From: Fidelibacterota bacterium | GTDB taxonomy: Bacteria; Fidelibacterota; UBA8477 | Assembly: GCA_021734065.1 (NCBI GenBank) | Contig: JAIPJQ010000001.1 | Coordinates: forward strand, 19,251 to 83,250 | DNA: 64,000 nucleotides | Direction: 5' to 3' | Shown here: positions 46,176 to 55,222 of the stretch, piece by piece | Position numbering within the stretch: position 1 is the first letter of the stretch | Layout: each line of letters begins with the position of its first letter | Program-made: the position numbers and the translations under genes | The notes under the pieces: generated by a model | Seen by the model: only the letters and a program-made list of their open reading frames with translations | Told to the model about the DNA's origin: nothing | Database searches by the model: none

Positions 46176-47420
46176 TCATCTGCGCTTAGCATTTGTAAAC
46201 CAGAGTTCACTGGTTTGAATACTAATTTTAAAATTCACTAAATTTTCTTCCGGATACCCGGATAATCCCCCGCGCTTACCCACGCCAAGCGAAAAGTCAA
46301 GGCGTGACCGATTCTGCGGTAATGGGACCCCCAATCCCCCTGTCAAATATGTTTCGCGAATATACGTGTTCGGGGAAGGTGAGGCGTAGAATATTTTGTG
46401 ATAAAACCCCATGCGCCAATCGGTCCGTTCAAAAAATGTACCTACGAGATCGCTATGCCTGATCAACAGACCTGAATTAAATGACGAAGAGGAGTTCACA
46501 TTATCGTCCCAGGATTCGGGGATCTTGAATAGATGACTATTTTGAAACGCCTCTTCACTGAAAAAACGCTGGCTTAAATCAATCAAAAAGTACACACGCT
46601 CTGAGTATTTGTATTCCACGCCCATGGCCAGTCGTGCCGGCCAATCCGGCATTGATTCAGAATAGGACACTGTATTGGGTGAACCGGTCAGCGTTACCTC
46701 ACCCTTAAAAGAGGGTTCTATTACCGGAAGGTTAACGGTGACGCCATAAAGCATGTTGGAGAACAGGTGGGCTTGCACGCCAAGCTCCAGCAAGTTCCCC
46801 CGGATATTACCGGAGAGTTTAGAACTGCTGTTAGTGGAAAGGTCCGGATAATACTGAACCGCTTCCTCTGCATAATAGCCTGTGAGACGGTGCCATTTCA
46901 GGCCCAAACTAATCTTTTCGTTAATTTTAACGCCGGCACCCACAAACATACTCCATACACCACCGGAATTTGTTACGGTCAAAACCGGTGCAGTGAAACT
47001 GGTATCCGTGACATCTTTAAACTGCCCGGCCATATCTGTAACGGGTTCCGTCCCCACTGACGCGTAAATTCGCTGACCGATGGGAAAACCCAACTGTAAG
47101 CGTGTCATGCGTTGATATTGAGAGGCAATTGAGGAACCGGTAGGTTGATACAGGGCATCACCAGATAACAGGTGCAGCCCCACTGTACCACCGGTCAGAA
47201 TTTTAACCGTTCTCAGATCATGCCAACTGGCCGGATTATTAGGGAGGAAATTAACGGAATCATAGTGTGCCGTGGTAGCGTACCCGAGTCCGGCTTCTAT
47301 GGCGGATCCGTTTTCCCGAAAATTTCCATATCCAATGGCCTGCAAAAGCGGTTGCGCAGTGAGTGCGCCCTGCAAAACAAGTAGAGCTGCCAGGTTCAGA
47401 ATGAATTTCGAAATACTCAT
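46176..47420 (-). CDS. FadL/PorV/PorQ-superfamily outer-membrane beta-barrel, hypothetical
   Basis: 414 aa with signal peptide LNLAALLVLQGALTAQ. The N-terminal motif SAIEAGLGYATTAHYDSVNFLPNNPASW parallels the hatch motif of the 40042-41415 protein and of FadL. Alternating beta-strand pattern throughout. Confidence 0.55.
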   Translation of the reverse strand: MSISKFILNLAALLVLQGALTAQPLLQAIGYGNFRENGSAIEAGLGYATTAHYDSVNFLPNNPASWHDLRTVKILTGGTVGLHLLSGDALYQPTGSSIASQYQRMTRLQLGFPIGQRIYASVGTEPVTDMAGQFKDVTDTSFTAPVLTVTNSGGVWSMFVGAGVKINEKISLGLKWHRLTGYYAEEAVQYYPDLSTNSSSKLSGNIRGNLLELGVQAHLFSNMLYGVTVNLPVIEPSFKGEVTLTGSPNTVSYSESMPDWPARLAMGVEYKYSERVYFLIDLSQRFFSEEAFQNSHLFKIPESWDDNVNSSSSFNSGLLIRHSDLVGTFFERTDWRMGFYHKIFYASPSPNTYIRETYLTGGLGVPLPQNRSRLDFSLGVGKRGGLSGYPEENLVNFKISIQTSELWFTNAKRR

Positions 47421-48592
47421 GGTTTACCCACCCGCGCTGAGGTCACGACGACGTTCAAGACAGATTGTCCGGCCGGATTTTTGGGGAACGCCAATAGTCC
47501 CGGATCCAACCCTGCATTAAGGGGTCGAATGAAGAAGCTGGTAGTGCTGTCGGGCTCTGCCACCGCTTCCTGCATGATACTGGTTACTGTATAGTTGGTT
47601 TGGCCACTATCCACAGATTTGAAATTGAAACTTACGGCATTGCAATTACAGGTATCTGCATCCAACTGCCGCAGTGTAAGCGCAACGGCCGGGATGGAAT
47701 CAACTTTGGACTGCAAGTATACCTTCGATGCGGTTGAATCCACAGTGAGCGTTGCCAAGGCACGGATGACATGTTGAAGTTGTTCTCCTGCAGGAAACGT
47801 GAGGCTGTCCGAATTCAAGCGGACTTGAAGTTTTTGAGCGCCCAACACCGACACATATTCAAATTGGGTGGTATCCAGTCCCGGATCGGCAGGATTCCAG
47901 GAAACCACCGACGCATCGTAGAGAATATTCCGTGAAATGACGGTGTCCAGGGTTGGATATTTGAAATAGACTTTAGGTGGGAAGGCGGTTTCCGCAGAAT
48001 AAAAGCGCTGAATAATATCGGTAACAGTCGGCAGATTCATGGCAAACTCCATGGTTTTCAAAGTGTCATACTGGAGAGTGCTCAACACAGAATCCCGATC
48101 CAGATCGATCTGGAGGGTGGTATCATTGCCACCAAAACTCATCTGTATTGTCCTGATAGGAGAACCCCAAGCACCTGATTCTGCGTCTGGTGTCATACCC
48201 GAAGCGTCGTACAGATTCACATCTACCGGACCAGGCACGGTCTGATCATCGGGATCGGCGCGATATAGCAGGTCTCGCTCAAACCGGACATACACGGAAT
48301 CAAAGGTGACGCTGTCCACCAGAGCGCTGTCTAAAAGTATTTTAAAATGAATGCCGGTGTTATACCCGGGAAGTTTGCCCATTACAAGCCGGCTCACGTT
48401 TGACCAATTCACTGAATCCTGAAAGGCACTGATACTTACTACCTGCGAGAGCGTGTCCGTCCGCTGTACAAATGGGTTATCCACCACCGAAATGTTATTC
48501 AGCGACTGCGGATCTTCGCAACCCATGAACGCAACGATTGCCAATCCAATGATACTCAATTCCATTTTTCGCCTAAATCGCATGCACGTCAT
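47417..48592 (-). CDS. hypothetical lipoprotein (DUF4270-like by context)
   Basis: 391 aa with lipobox AFMGC. It is Ser/Thr/Asp-rich with beta-rich predicted character. It lies downstream of a truncated glycogen-synthase-like gene, as DUF4270 does in Bacteroidetes (from memory). Confidence 0.45.
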   Translation of the reverse strand: MTCMRFRRKMELSIIGLAIVAFMGCEDPQSLNNISVVDNPFVQRTDTLSQVVSISAFQDSVNWSNVSRLVMGKLPGYNTGIHFKILLDSALVDSVTFDSVYVRFERDLLYRADPDDQTVPGPVDVNLYDASGMTPDAESGAWGSPIRTIQMSFGGNDTTLQIDLDRDSVLSTLQYDTLKTMEFAMNLPTVTDIIQRFYSAETAFPPKVYFKYPTLDTVISRNILYDASVVSWNPADPGLDTTQFEYVSVLGAQKLQVRLNSDSLTFPAGEQLQHVIRALATLTVDSTASKVYLQSKVDSIPAVALTLRQLDADTCNCNAVSFNFKSVDSGQTNYTVTSIMQEAVAEPDSTTSFFIRPLNAGLDPGLLAFPKNPAGQSVLNVVVTSARVGKP

Positions 48593-48661
48593 CCTACTCT
48601 TCTCTCAAGCGTGGGACACTTGAAAATGTTCATACCCATCATGTTTTCGTGGGAGACTCGA

Positions 48662-49495
48662 TCAAACTTCGATATTGAAATATTCTTCAAACTGGGCACT
48701 GAGAGCTCGCCATCCTTCTTCTGAGTCATCGGACAATGAAAAGTACTTCACTGTTTTTTGTTCCTGCTCTAATGCCATGCTCAGCTGTTGGTTCTGATTA
48801 ATTTTTTCTTTCACATCTGAATCGGGAAACGAAATGGCCGTAATCTCATCGGCATACTTGACCGCCAGAGCCAGCAGATTATTCTCATAGCCTTCCGTGA
48901 TCTCAGGATCAATTCCAGCCATACGGTAATGTTTTTCTTCAACGGTCCCCATTTCTACCGGATTAATGAGATTCAGCACGGTCTTCATTCCCGCAAAAAA
49001 CTCTTCATCTTTATACACGGTTTTCATCAATATCGTCACAATCGCCGAGGTCCAGTCATTCAAAAACAGATATTCCGGTTGCCAATAGAGATAGGTCAGG
49101 TTCTCAATAGCGCTTTTTCCGAAATAGAAAAACTTCTCCGCGTTGCGTTGATTGAATCGTCCCCCGCGAACTGTATACAAAGACTTGGTTGTGCTGCCAA
49201 AGTAGGGCAGGTAATCCAGAAAATAGACCTGCACTTTTGTATTGGGAACGAATGCTGACTTGGCGGCACCAATCAACATCTCATCTTTATACTCAACCTC
49301 AATTTCGCGCAGACGAATGACCTCCCGGATGATATACCGGCGCTCACTGATAAACCCGTAGCGCGGTGAAATGATGCGAATGTCTTGTTTCTTTTCGTTG
49401 AAGACCGCTGGTATGTGATTGGAGAATGGTGCCAACTGGTAGGTCTGGGCAAACGGGTCGATCTCAGTCGTCAGGAAGTAGATTCGTCGGGGCAT
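48662..49495 (-). CDS. glycogen/starch synthase N-terminal-domain-only protein
   Basis: 277 aa. RIYFLTTEIDPFAQTYQLAPFSNHIPAVF...IRIISPRYG resembles the start of GT5 glycogen synthases (which begin ...E..P..KTGGLaDV). The C-terminal GT-B half is absent. Confidence 0.65.
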   Translation of the reverse strand: MPRRIYFLTTEIDPFAQTYQLAPFSNHIPAVFNEKKQDIRIISPRYGFISERRYIIREVIRLREIEVEYKDEMLIGAAKSAFVPNTKVQVYFLDYLPYFGSTTKSLYTVRGGRFNQRNAEKFFYFGKSAIENLTYLYWQPEYLFLNDWTSAIVTILMKTVYKDEEFFAGMKTVLNLINPVEMGTVEEKHYRMAGIDPEITEGYENNLLALAVKYADEITAISFPDSDVKEKINQNQQLSMALEQEQKTVKYFSLSDDSEEGWRALSAQFEEYFNIEV

Positions 49496-49543
49496 ATGTT
49501 TAGCAATCTATTCAAGAGGTTATGGTTAAGTACGAGCGGTCTA

Positions 49544-50740
49544 TTATAATTTAGACAACATTTCCCGTGCTTTTTGGGTGTAATCACTATTGGGGAAAAG
49601 ATTCAGGAATTTCTGAAATTCAGCCCGGGCTTGTGAAACATTGCCCATATTGAGATAGCACAATCCAATCTTGAATTGAGCGGCATCGGCTTTGTTGGAA
49701 TTGGGGAAATCGAACACTTTCTGGAATTCTACCAGTGATCGCTGATAATTGTCCTCACCATAATAACACTCCCCGATCCAGTACTGGGCATTATCGGCCA
49801 AATCGTGATTACGATTGGTGTTGATGAGCGAATTGAACATGCGAATAGCGTCATTATAATTACCATTTTGGTAATTACTCAGCGCATCAATGTACTGTTT
49901 TTTATACTCTTCCTCGCTCATTCGGGGGCGTTGATGGGAACTCTGCGTGTAATCAGACTGGTAATCAGAGGAGGGCATGGAAGTCTGAGGAGTTGCCTGC
50001 ACCTGCTGCGCCGGCGTCATATTCATGATTTCGTTAAAGGAGTTTGTCAGAGAGAGAATTTTGTTCTCCAGAAGAACCAACTGGCTCAGAATATCGTATG
50101 TAGAACTATCCTGGGCCCGAACATGCTGCTGGATGGTTTTCATGTCCTTTTCAAAAGCCATGAGTTCGTCATACACCTGAACCTGAAATTCAGCAAAACC
50201 GTCCATCAGACTATCCACAGGTGAATCTGTATCAACGATCTGAGATTCCAGACTGTCAAGGCGGTTCGTCAGAGCATGGATCGACTCTCCCTGCGCAGTC
50301 AGTTCACTATCCAAAGCTGCAAATTCTTCGGCGATGGAATCATCCATCAATTGCGCCAGGCTGTCCAGTTGCGCTTTTAACCGTTCTGTATCCGCACCTT
50401 CTCCCAATTCGGCTTTCAGCGATTCCACTTTGGTATTCAGGTCATCTTTCAGAGAGAGCAGGGTCGCCTTGGTCTCAGCCTGCAGCTTGTACAGATCCTC
50501 CATGGTCTTATGGTCTTCATCATAAGTTTCGCGTAATGCTTTCATCTCTTTTTCATATTCAACCATATTGGCCTGCAAATCGGCAGCCTGTTTGTTAGCA
50601 GTGGCTGCGGCTTCCCTGGCACGGATTAAATCCGCTTTTATTTTGACCAATTCTTCACTTGTATCGGGAGCACTGCTACCACACCCATATAAGCCGAAGA
50701 ACAGTGCCATTAATCCAATGAGTAACAGGTTGCGATTCAT
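49544..50740 (-). CDS. CpoB/YbgF-like lipoprotein with extended coiled coil and C-terminal TPR domain
   Basis: The ATG at 50740 has a GGAGGA RBS. Lipobox FGLYGC, ~250 aa of heptad-rich sequence, then the YbgF-type TPR end YIDALSNYQNGNYNDAIRMF...AQYWIGECYY...AQFKIGLCYLNMGN...FPNSDY. Confidence 0.7.
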   Translation of the reverse strand: MNRNLLLIGLMALFFGLYGCGSSAPDTSEELVKIKADLIRAREAAATANKQAADLQANMVEYEKEMKALRETYDEDHKTMEDLYKLQAETKATLLSLKDDLNTKVESLKAELGEGADTERLKAQLDSLAQLMDDSIAEEFAALDSELTAQGESIHALTNRLDSLESQIVDTDSPVDSLMDGFAEFQVQVYDELMAFEKDMKTIQQHVRAQDSSTYDILSQLVLLENKILSLTNSFNEIMNMTPAQQVQATPQTSMPSSDYQSDYTQSSHQRPRMSEEEYKKQYIDALSNYQNGNYNDAIRMFNSLINTNRNHDLADNAQYWIGECYYGEDNYQRSLVEFQKVFDFPNSNKADAAQFKIGLCYLNMGNVSQARAEFQKFLNLFPNSDYTQKAREMLSKL

Positions 50741-50901
50741 GAAAATCTTCCTCCAGAGAAACGGATTAGGCGGGCCATACACATTCGACGCAAAATTTAA
50801 CGGGTTAAGCGGGGTATCCAAAAACATTTTCCTTTAGTTGATATTTTAAAATTAACAATTTAGACTGCCCCAATACTATAAATTCATGCCACTATCGATC
50901 A

Positions 50902-52128
50902 TCACACACGATTCCCGGAAAGCGAGTTCTGAGAAATTCCCAGCAGCAGAAAACAGGTGGACATGAACGAACCACCATAACTCATGAATGGCAAGGGAAT
51001 ACCGGTTACCGGCATTAACCCTACAATCATGGCCAGATTGACAAAGATGTGAAACAGAAAAACCGACGCGGTCCCAAATAATATCAACGATGTGTACCGT
51101 GTGCGGGCTGAATAAGCAATAGAGATCAAGCGTAAGGTGAAAAACAGGAATAGCGCCAGCACCAGAATAACGGCTACAAAACCCAGTTCCTCTCCTAAAA
51201 CGGTCATAATAAAATCGGTGTGCTGTTCCGGTAGAAATTTCAAGTGGGTCTGCGTCCCCTGCCCTAATCCCTTGCCAAACATCCCACCCGATCCGAAAGC
51301 GGTCATGGACTGGATGAGCTGATAACCGGCTCCCAATGGATCGGCATCGAGATTAAACAGGGATGAGATGCGCTGCTGCTGATACGGTTTGAGCATTCCC
51401 CACAAGAAGTTGGTCAAACCACCTAAAAAGACATTCAGGAAAAAATTTATACCCGCAAACCATAGTTTTGACTGACCGATGTAGAGCACCAGCACCAGGA
51501 TCGCCATCCACACGAAGAATGTGAATATATTGAATGCGGCCAGCATGGAGATGACCGGAGCTAAGAGTAAAAAGAAATAAAGGGGGCGAATACCGGACCA
51601 GAAAAGTACCAGAATCAGTGTGGCTATATATACCAAAGCGGTGCCAAGGTCCGGCTGTAGAATCACGATAGCTGTGGGGAGCAAAACCATGAGGAGCGGC
51701 GGAATGAGCTGTTTGAACTGCTGAATCTGGCGGTGGTGATCCGAGAAATATTTGGCTAAGGTAATCACCACCACAATCTTCATGTATTCGGAAGGCTGGA
51801 AATTGAACCCGCCAATTCTGAACCAGCGGTAGGTACCGTTGGTGTCCTCCACCAGAAATGTGCCCAAAAGTGCCAGAATCCCAAAGCCATACATGATATA
51901 AGCCAGATTGAAGACCAGCTTTTTCGGAATAAATGCCATTCCGAAGATGAGGACTATTCCAATGAGGAACCAGGCAATCTGCCGCACAAAATAATTGCGC
52001 TCCAGCAACCCTTCCTGCTGCAGGGTGGTGCTATAGATGGAAATCAAACCGGCCATGGCAATTAGCACAGCCAATAAAAACAACACCCAGTCAAAATCTC
52101 TTAATTGTCGCTGAAATATATTGGGCAT
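50902..52128 (-). CDS. rodA: rod shape-determining SEDS protein RodA
   Basis: 408 aa, polytopic and FtsW/RodA/SpoVE-like (LPEQHTDFIM, PVTGIPLPFMSYGGS). It lies directly downstream of PBP2. Confidence 0.9.
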   Translation of the reverse strand: MPNIFQRQLRDFDWVLFLLAVLIAMAGLISIYSTTLQQEGLLERNYFVRQIAWFLIGIVLIFGMAFIPKKLVFNLAYIMYGFGILALLGTFLVEDTNGTYRWFRIGGFNFQPSEYMKIVVVITLAKYFSDHHRQIQQFKQLIPPLLMVLLPTAIVILQPDLGTALVYIATLILVLFWSGIRPLYFFLLLAPVISMLAAFNIFTFFVWMAILVLVLYIGQSKLWFAGINFFLNVFLGGLTNFLWGMLKPYQQQRISSLFNLDADPLGAGYQLIQSMTAFGSGGMFGKGLGQGTQTHLKFLPEQHTDFIMTVLGEELGFVAVILVLALFLFFTLRLISIAYSARTRYTSLILFGTASVFLFHIFVNLAMIVGLMPVTGIPLPFMSYGGSFMSTCFLLLGISQNSLSGNRV

Positions 52129-52147
52129 TTAATTCATCAACTCCGGG

Positions 52148-53932
52148 TTATCCCTTTGGTCTCTTTAGTTTTGCGATTTCCCTCAACATTTTTCCCATGA
52201 GGGGAGCCGCTTTGCCACCCCCGGACCCGCCATTTTCCAGTAAAATCGCCCAGGAATACGGCAATTTTGGATCCAACGAAAACCCAATAAACCAGGCATG
52301 ATCCTCACCGTGGGGATTCTGGGAAGTGCCCGTTTTTCCATATAAAGACCAATTTTTCTGGCGCGCCGCACGGCCAGTTCCTTTCTGACTCTGCACCACC
52401 AGGTTCATTCCCCGGTGCAACTGTTTCCAGGTGGTATCGGCCAGTTGTAAAATCGTATGGGCTGTGTTCGAATAGGTGTGAACCATCCGGCCTTCACCAT
52501 CAGTGACATACTTCAGCAAATGGGGTTTATAGAGTGTCCCTTTTTGAGCAATGATAGCCGCGTACTGGGCCATTTGAATCGGGGTGGCTAAAACTTCTCC
52601 CTGTCCCACAACAAAATTGAGCAGATTCCCGATAGTCCACCCTCGGACGCCAAACTCGCGATCCATGTAGCGGGTGTCAGGAACAATCCCCGCTTTTTCA
52701 TCCGGTAAATCAATCCCTGTAATACGACCAAACCCAAATTGCCCAGCCAGACCAGCCCACGGATCCAATCCAATATCCTGAATCAGATGATAAAAATAGA
52801 TATTGCAGGACTGCTCGATAGCTGTTTCCAAATCTACCCGGCCATGACCCGCCGGATTCCAGCAACCGAAAGAACGTGTTCCCAATCGATACGATCCGCG
52901 ACAAAGGACGGTCTTTTCAGGGTCCACAGTGTTATGCTCCAGGGCATAAGCCGCCGCTACGATTTTAAATGTAGAACCCGGCGGATACAACCCCTGCAGA
53001 GCCCGATCATACAATGGCTTGCGCCGGTCAGTGAGTAACTTCCGCCAGACCTCCGGCTCCAGACGACTGGACATCACATCCAAATCATACCCGGGAACAC
53101 TGGCCATGGCTACCACATCACCATTGGCATGATTCAAAATCACCACCACACCGGATGAGTCGCCCATGCCCTGTTCCACAATCCGCTGGATATCCGCATC
53201 AATGGACAGGTGGAGATTATTCCCCGCTACCGGTCGTATGGGTTTTCGCCAGTCTGACTCGCCGATCTCCTGACCAAAAGCATTCACCACATTGTAACGA
53301 TATCCCCGTTCGCCACGCAGGTGGGATTCATAGTACTTTTCTACACCTTTCCATCCCACCACATCTCCGGGCGCATAGGTTTCCCGATCCAGTCGTTTCA
53401 AATCTTCGGCGTCAATTTCCCGCACATACCCCAACACATGCGTTAACTGAACATCTGTGGGATAAAACCGCGTGGGTTCAATGGCGTAGGTCACGCCAAT
53501 CAATTCCAGATTGTGTTCCTGGAGAACGGAGATAATATCAATGGAAACCTTGCTGCGGATCTTCACCGCTGTAAACATGCCACGCTGGTAACGCTTCACC
53601 GTTTTGCTCAGCTCTTCTTCTGTTGTGTTTAATACATCCGCCAGAAGGGTCAATGTCTCCGGATGCCGCCGAATCTCAATGGGAATGACATTCACCGAAT
53701 AGGAAGGTCGATTATCCGCCAGAATACGCCCGGTGCGGTCATAGATAATACCCCGGGGCGCTTCGATTGGGACTTCACGAATATGATTGCTGGTGGCTTT
53801 CTCAGCGTATTTCTGATGGCTTGCAATCATGAGCCAGTAATAGCGTCCGCCCAAAATCGCGAATAAAATAAGGGTAATGAGGTAGGCTGTCAGCTTGCGC
53901 CAGTATTCTAAGACATTACGATCCTGGAGCAT
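52148..53932 (-). CDS. mrdA: penicillin-binding protein 2 (elongasome transpeptidase)
   Basis: 594 aa. N-terminal anchor, SxxK (PPGSTFKIV), SxN (EQSCNIYF) and KTG (YGKTGTSQ). Confidence 0.92.
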   Translation of the reverse strand: MLQDRNVLEYWRKLTAYLITLILFAILGGRYYWLMIASHQKYAEKATSNHIREVPIEAPRGIIYDRTGRILADNRPSYSVNVIPIEIRRHPETLTLLADVLNTTEEELSKTVKRYQRGMFTAVKIRSKVSIDIISVLQEHNLELIGVTYAIEPTRFYPTDVQLTHVLGYVREIDAEDLKRLDRETYAPGDVVGWKGVEKYYESHLRGERGYRYNVVNAFGQEIGESDWRKPIRPVAGNNLHLSIDADIQRIVEQGMGDSSGVVVILNHANGDVVAMASVPGYDLDVMSSRLEPEVWRKLLTDRRKPLYDRALQGLYPPGSTFKIVAAAYALEHNTVDPEKTVLCRGSYRLGTRSFGCWNPAGHGRVDLETAIEQSCNIYFYHLIQDIGLDPWAGLAGQFGFGRITGIDLPDEKAGIVPDTRYMDREFGVRGWTIGNLLNFVVGQGEVLATPIQMAQYAAIIAQKGTLYKPHLLKYVTDGEGRMVHTYSNTAHTILQLADTTWKQLHRGMNLVVQSQKGTGRAARQKNWSLYGKTGTSQNPHGEDHAWFIGFSLDPKLPYSWAILLENGGSGGGKAAPLMGKMLREIAKLKRPKG

Positions 53933-54411
53933 TATTCTTCACCGAACTGTGTCACGGAGGAGACAAAGAACAGCATGATAAATGTATAAACAGATGCCGG
54001 TAGAATGTGACCCAGTAAAATCGTGGTGAATCGCCAATCCAGTGACTGATAAGCGATAAAGTCATTGACCAGGTAATAAATACAAACGATAAGGAAAAGA
54101 ATCACATACTGTAGAATGGGCGTTATTTTATTCAAATGCCCTTTGAATTGTGCGGCAATGTAGCCAACCACTGCCAGACCGAATGCGGTGAGCCCCATGA
54201 GATCCGTGGCTGTAAGGGCATCATTCACCAGTCCTAAAACAAACGCGGTCCACACAGACGGAATGGGCCCGAACCTCAACGCCATGGCAATAATGAAAAT
54301 CACCAAAAAATTGGGTCCGATACCACCGATGGCAATAATGGGTTGCAGCATCCACTGCACCAGCATGGCGACAATCGCTGCGATGATATAGTTGAAGTGT
54401 TTAGCTTTCAT
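53932..54411 (-). CDS. mreD: rod shape-determining protein MreD
   Basis: 159 aa with 4-5 TM helices, positioned between mreC and mrdA. Confidence 0.8.
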   Translation of the reverse strand: MKAKHFNYIIAAIVAMLVQWMLQPIIAIGGIGPNFLVIFIIAMALRFGPIPSVWTAFVLGLVNDALTATDLMGLTAFGLAVVGYIAAQFKGHLNKITPILQYVILFLIVCIYYLVNDFIAYQSLDWRFTTILLGHILPASVYTFIMLFFVSSVTQFGEE

Positions 54412-55195
54412 TTTTCTTCAGAATAAAAACCTCTTCCAGCCGATGGTAATCGGTAGCCACTTCCACCTGCACGGATTTCACATAACCTTCCACCCCGGGA
54501 TCAACTTGTTGAACCACACCAACGAAAATATTGGGTGGAAAAATGTCACTAAATCCGGAAGTCACAACCGAATCACCAATCGCTACATTGGTATTCAGAG
54601 GAATATTTTCAATGCGAAAGACGCCCGGATCGTAATATCCCAAAATCCCGATAGTCCGCGTTCGCATTTCCCGTACCGAGACCCGAAAATTCCGGTCGTG
54701 AATCAGTTGAACCAAACTGGACGCATCTCCCAGGGCAACAACTTTCCCTACCAGGTTGGCATTGGCATCCACCACCGGTGCCAGCAATTCCACGCCGTCT
54801 TCGGCACCCTGGTCAACCGAAATACTGGTGAGCAGGCTGGTGCCTGATTTCGAGAGGACATTGGCCGGGATCACCTCAAAAAGGCTGGTCTGCTTGAAGC
54901 CCAATGCCTGCCGGAGTCTTTCGTTCTCAGCAGCAAGCGCCTGTAGACGATTTAACTCTATTTGGGAGGTGATGTATTTTTTTTCTAATTCTTCATAGGC
55001 ATACTGGAGCGTGAATACGGTGTCCAACCATTCAATGGGAGTATACAAAACCGCGGCAGAGTCCATGACTTTACCGCGCATAAACCGCACCTGGGGCGTG
55101 TCCTGATAAAAAATAAGCAACAAGGAAAAAGAGAGCACCAATAGCAGGTTAGCTATCGCACGGAAACGATAGAAAAAATCATAAATACGCTGCAT
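54401..55195 (-). CDS. mreC: rod shape-determining protein MreC
   Basis: 264 aa. N-terminal TM helix, coiled coil (LQALAAENERLRQAL), then GDSVVTSGFSDIFPPNIFVG. Confidence 0.9.
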   Translation of the reverse strand: MQRIYDFFYRFRAIANLLLVLSFSLLLIFYQDTPQVRFMRGKVMDSAAVLYTPIEWLDTVFTLQYAYEELEKKYITSQIELNRLQALAAENERLRQALGFKQTSLFEVIPANVLSKSGTSLLTSISVDQGAEDGVELLAPVVDANANLVGKVVALGDASSLVQLIHDRNFRVSVREMRTRTIGILGYYDPGVFRIENIPLNTNVAIGDSVVTSGFSDIFPPNIFVGVVQQVDPGVEGYVKSVQVEVATDYHRLEEVFILKKNES

Positions 55196-55222
55196 TGGAA
55201 TGTCTTTTAGATTGGGGCGGGA

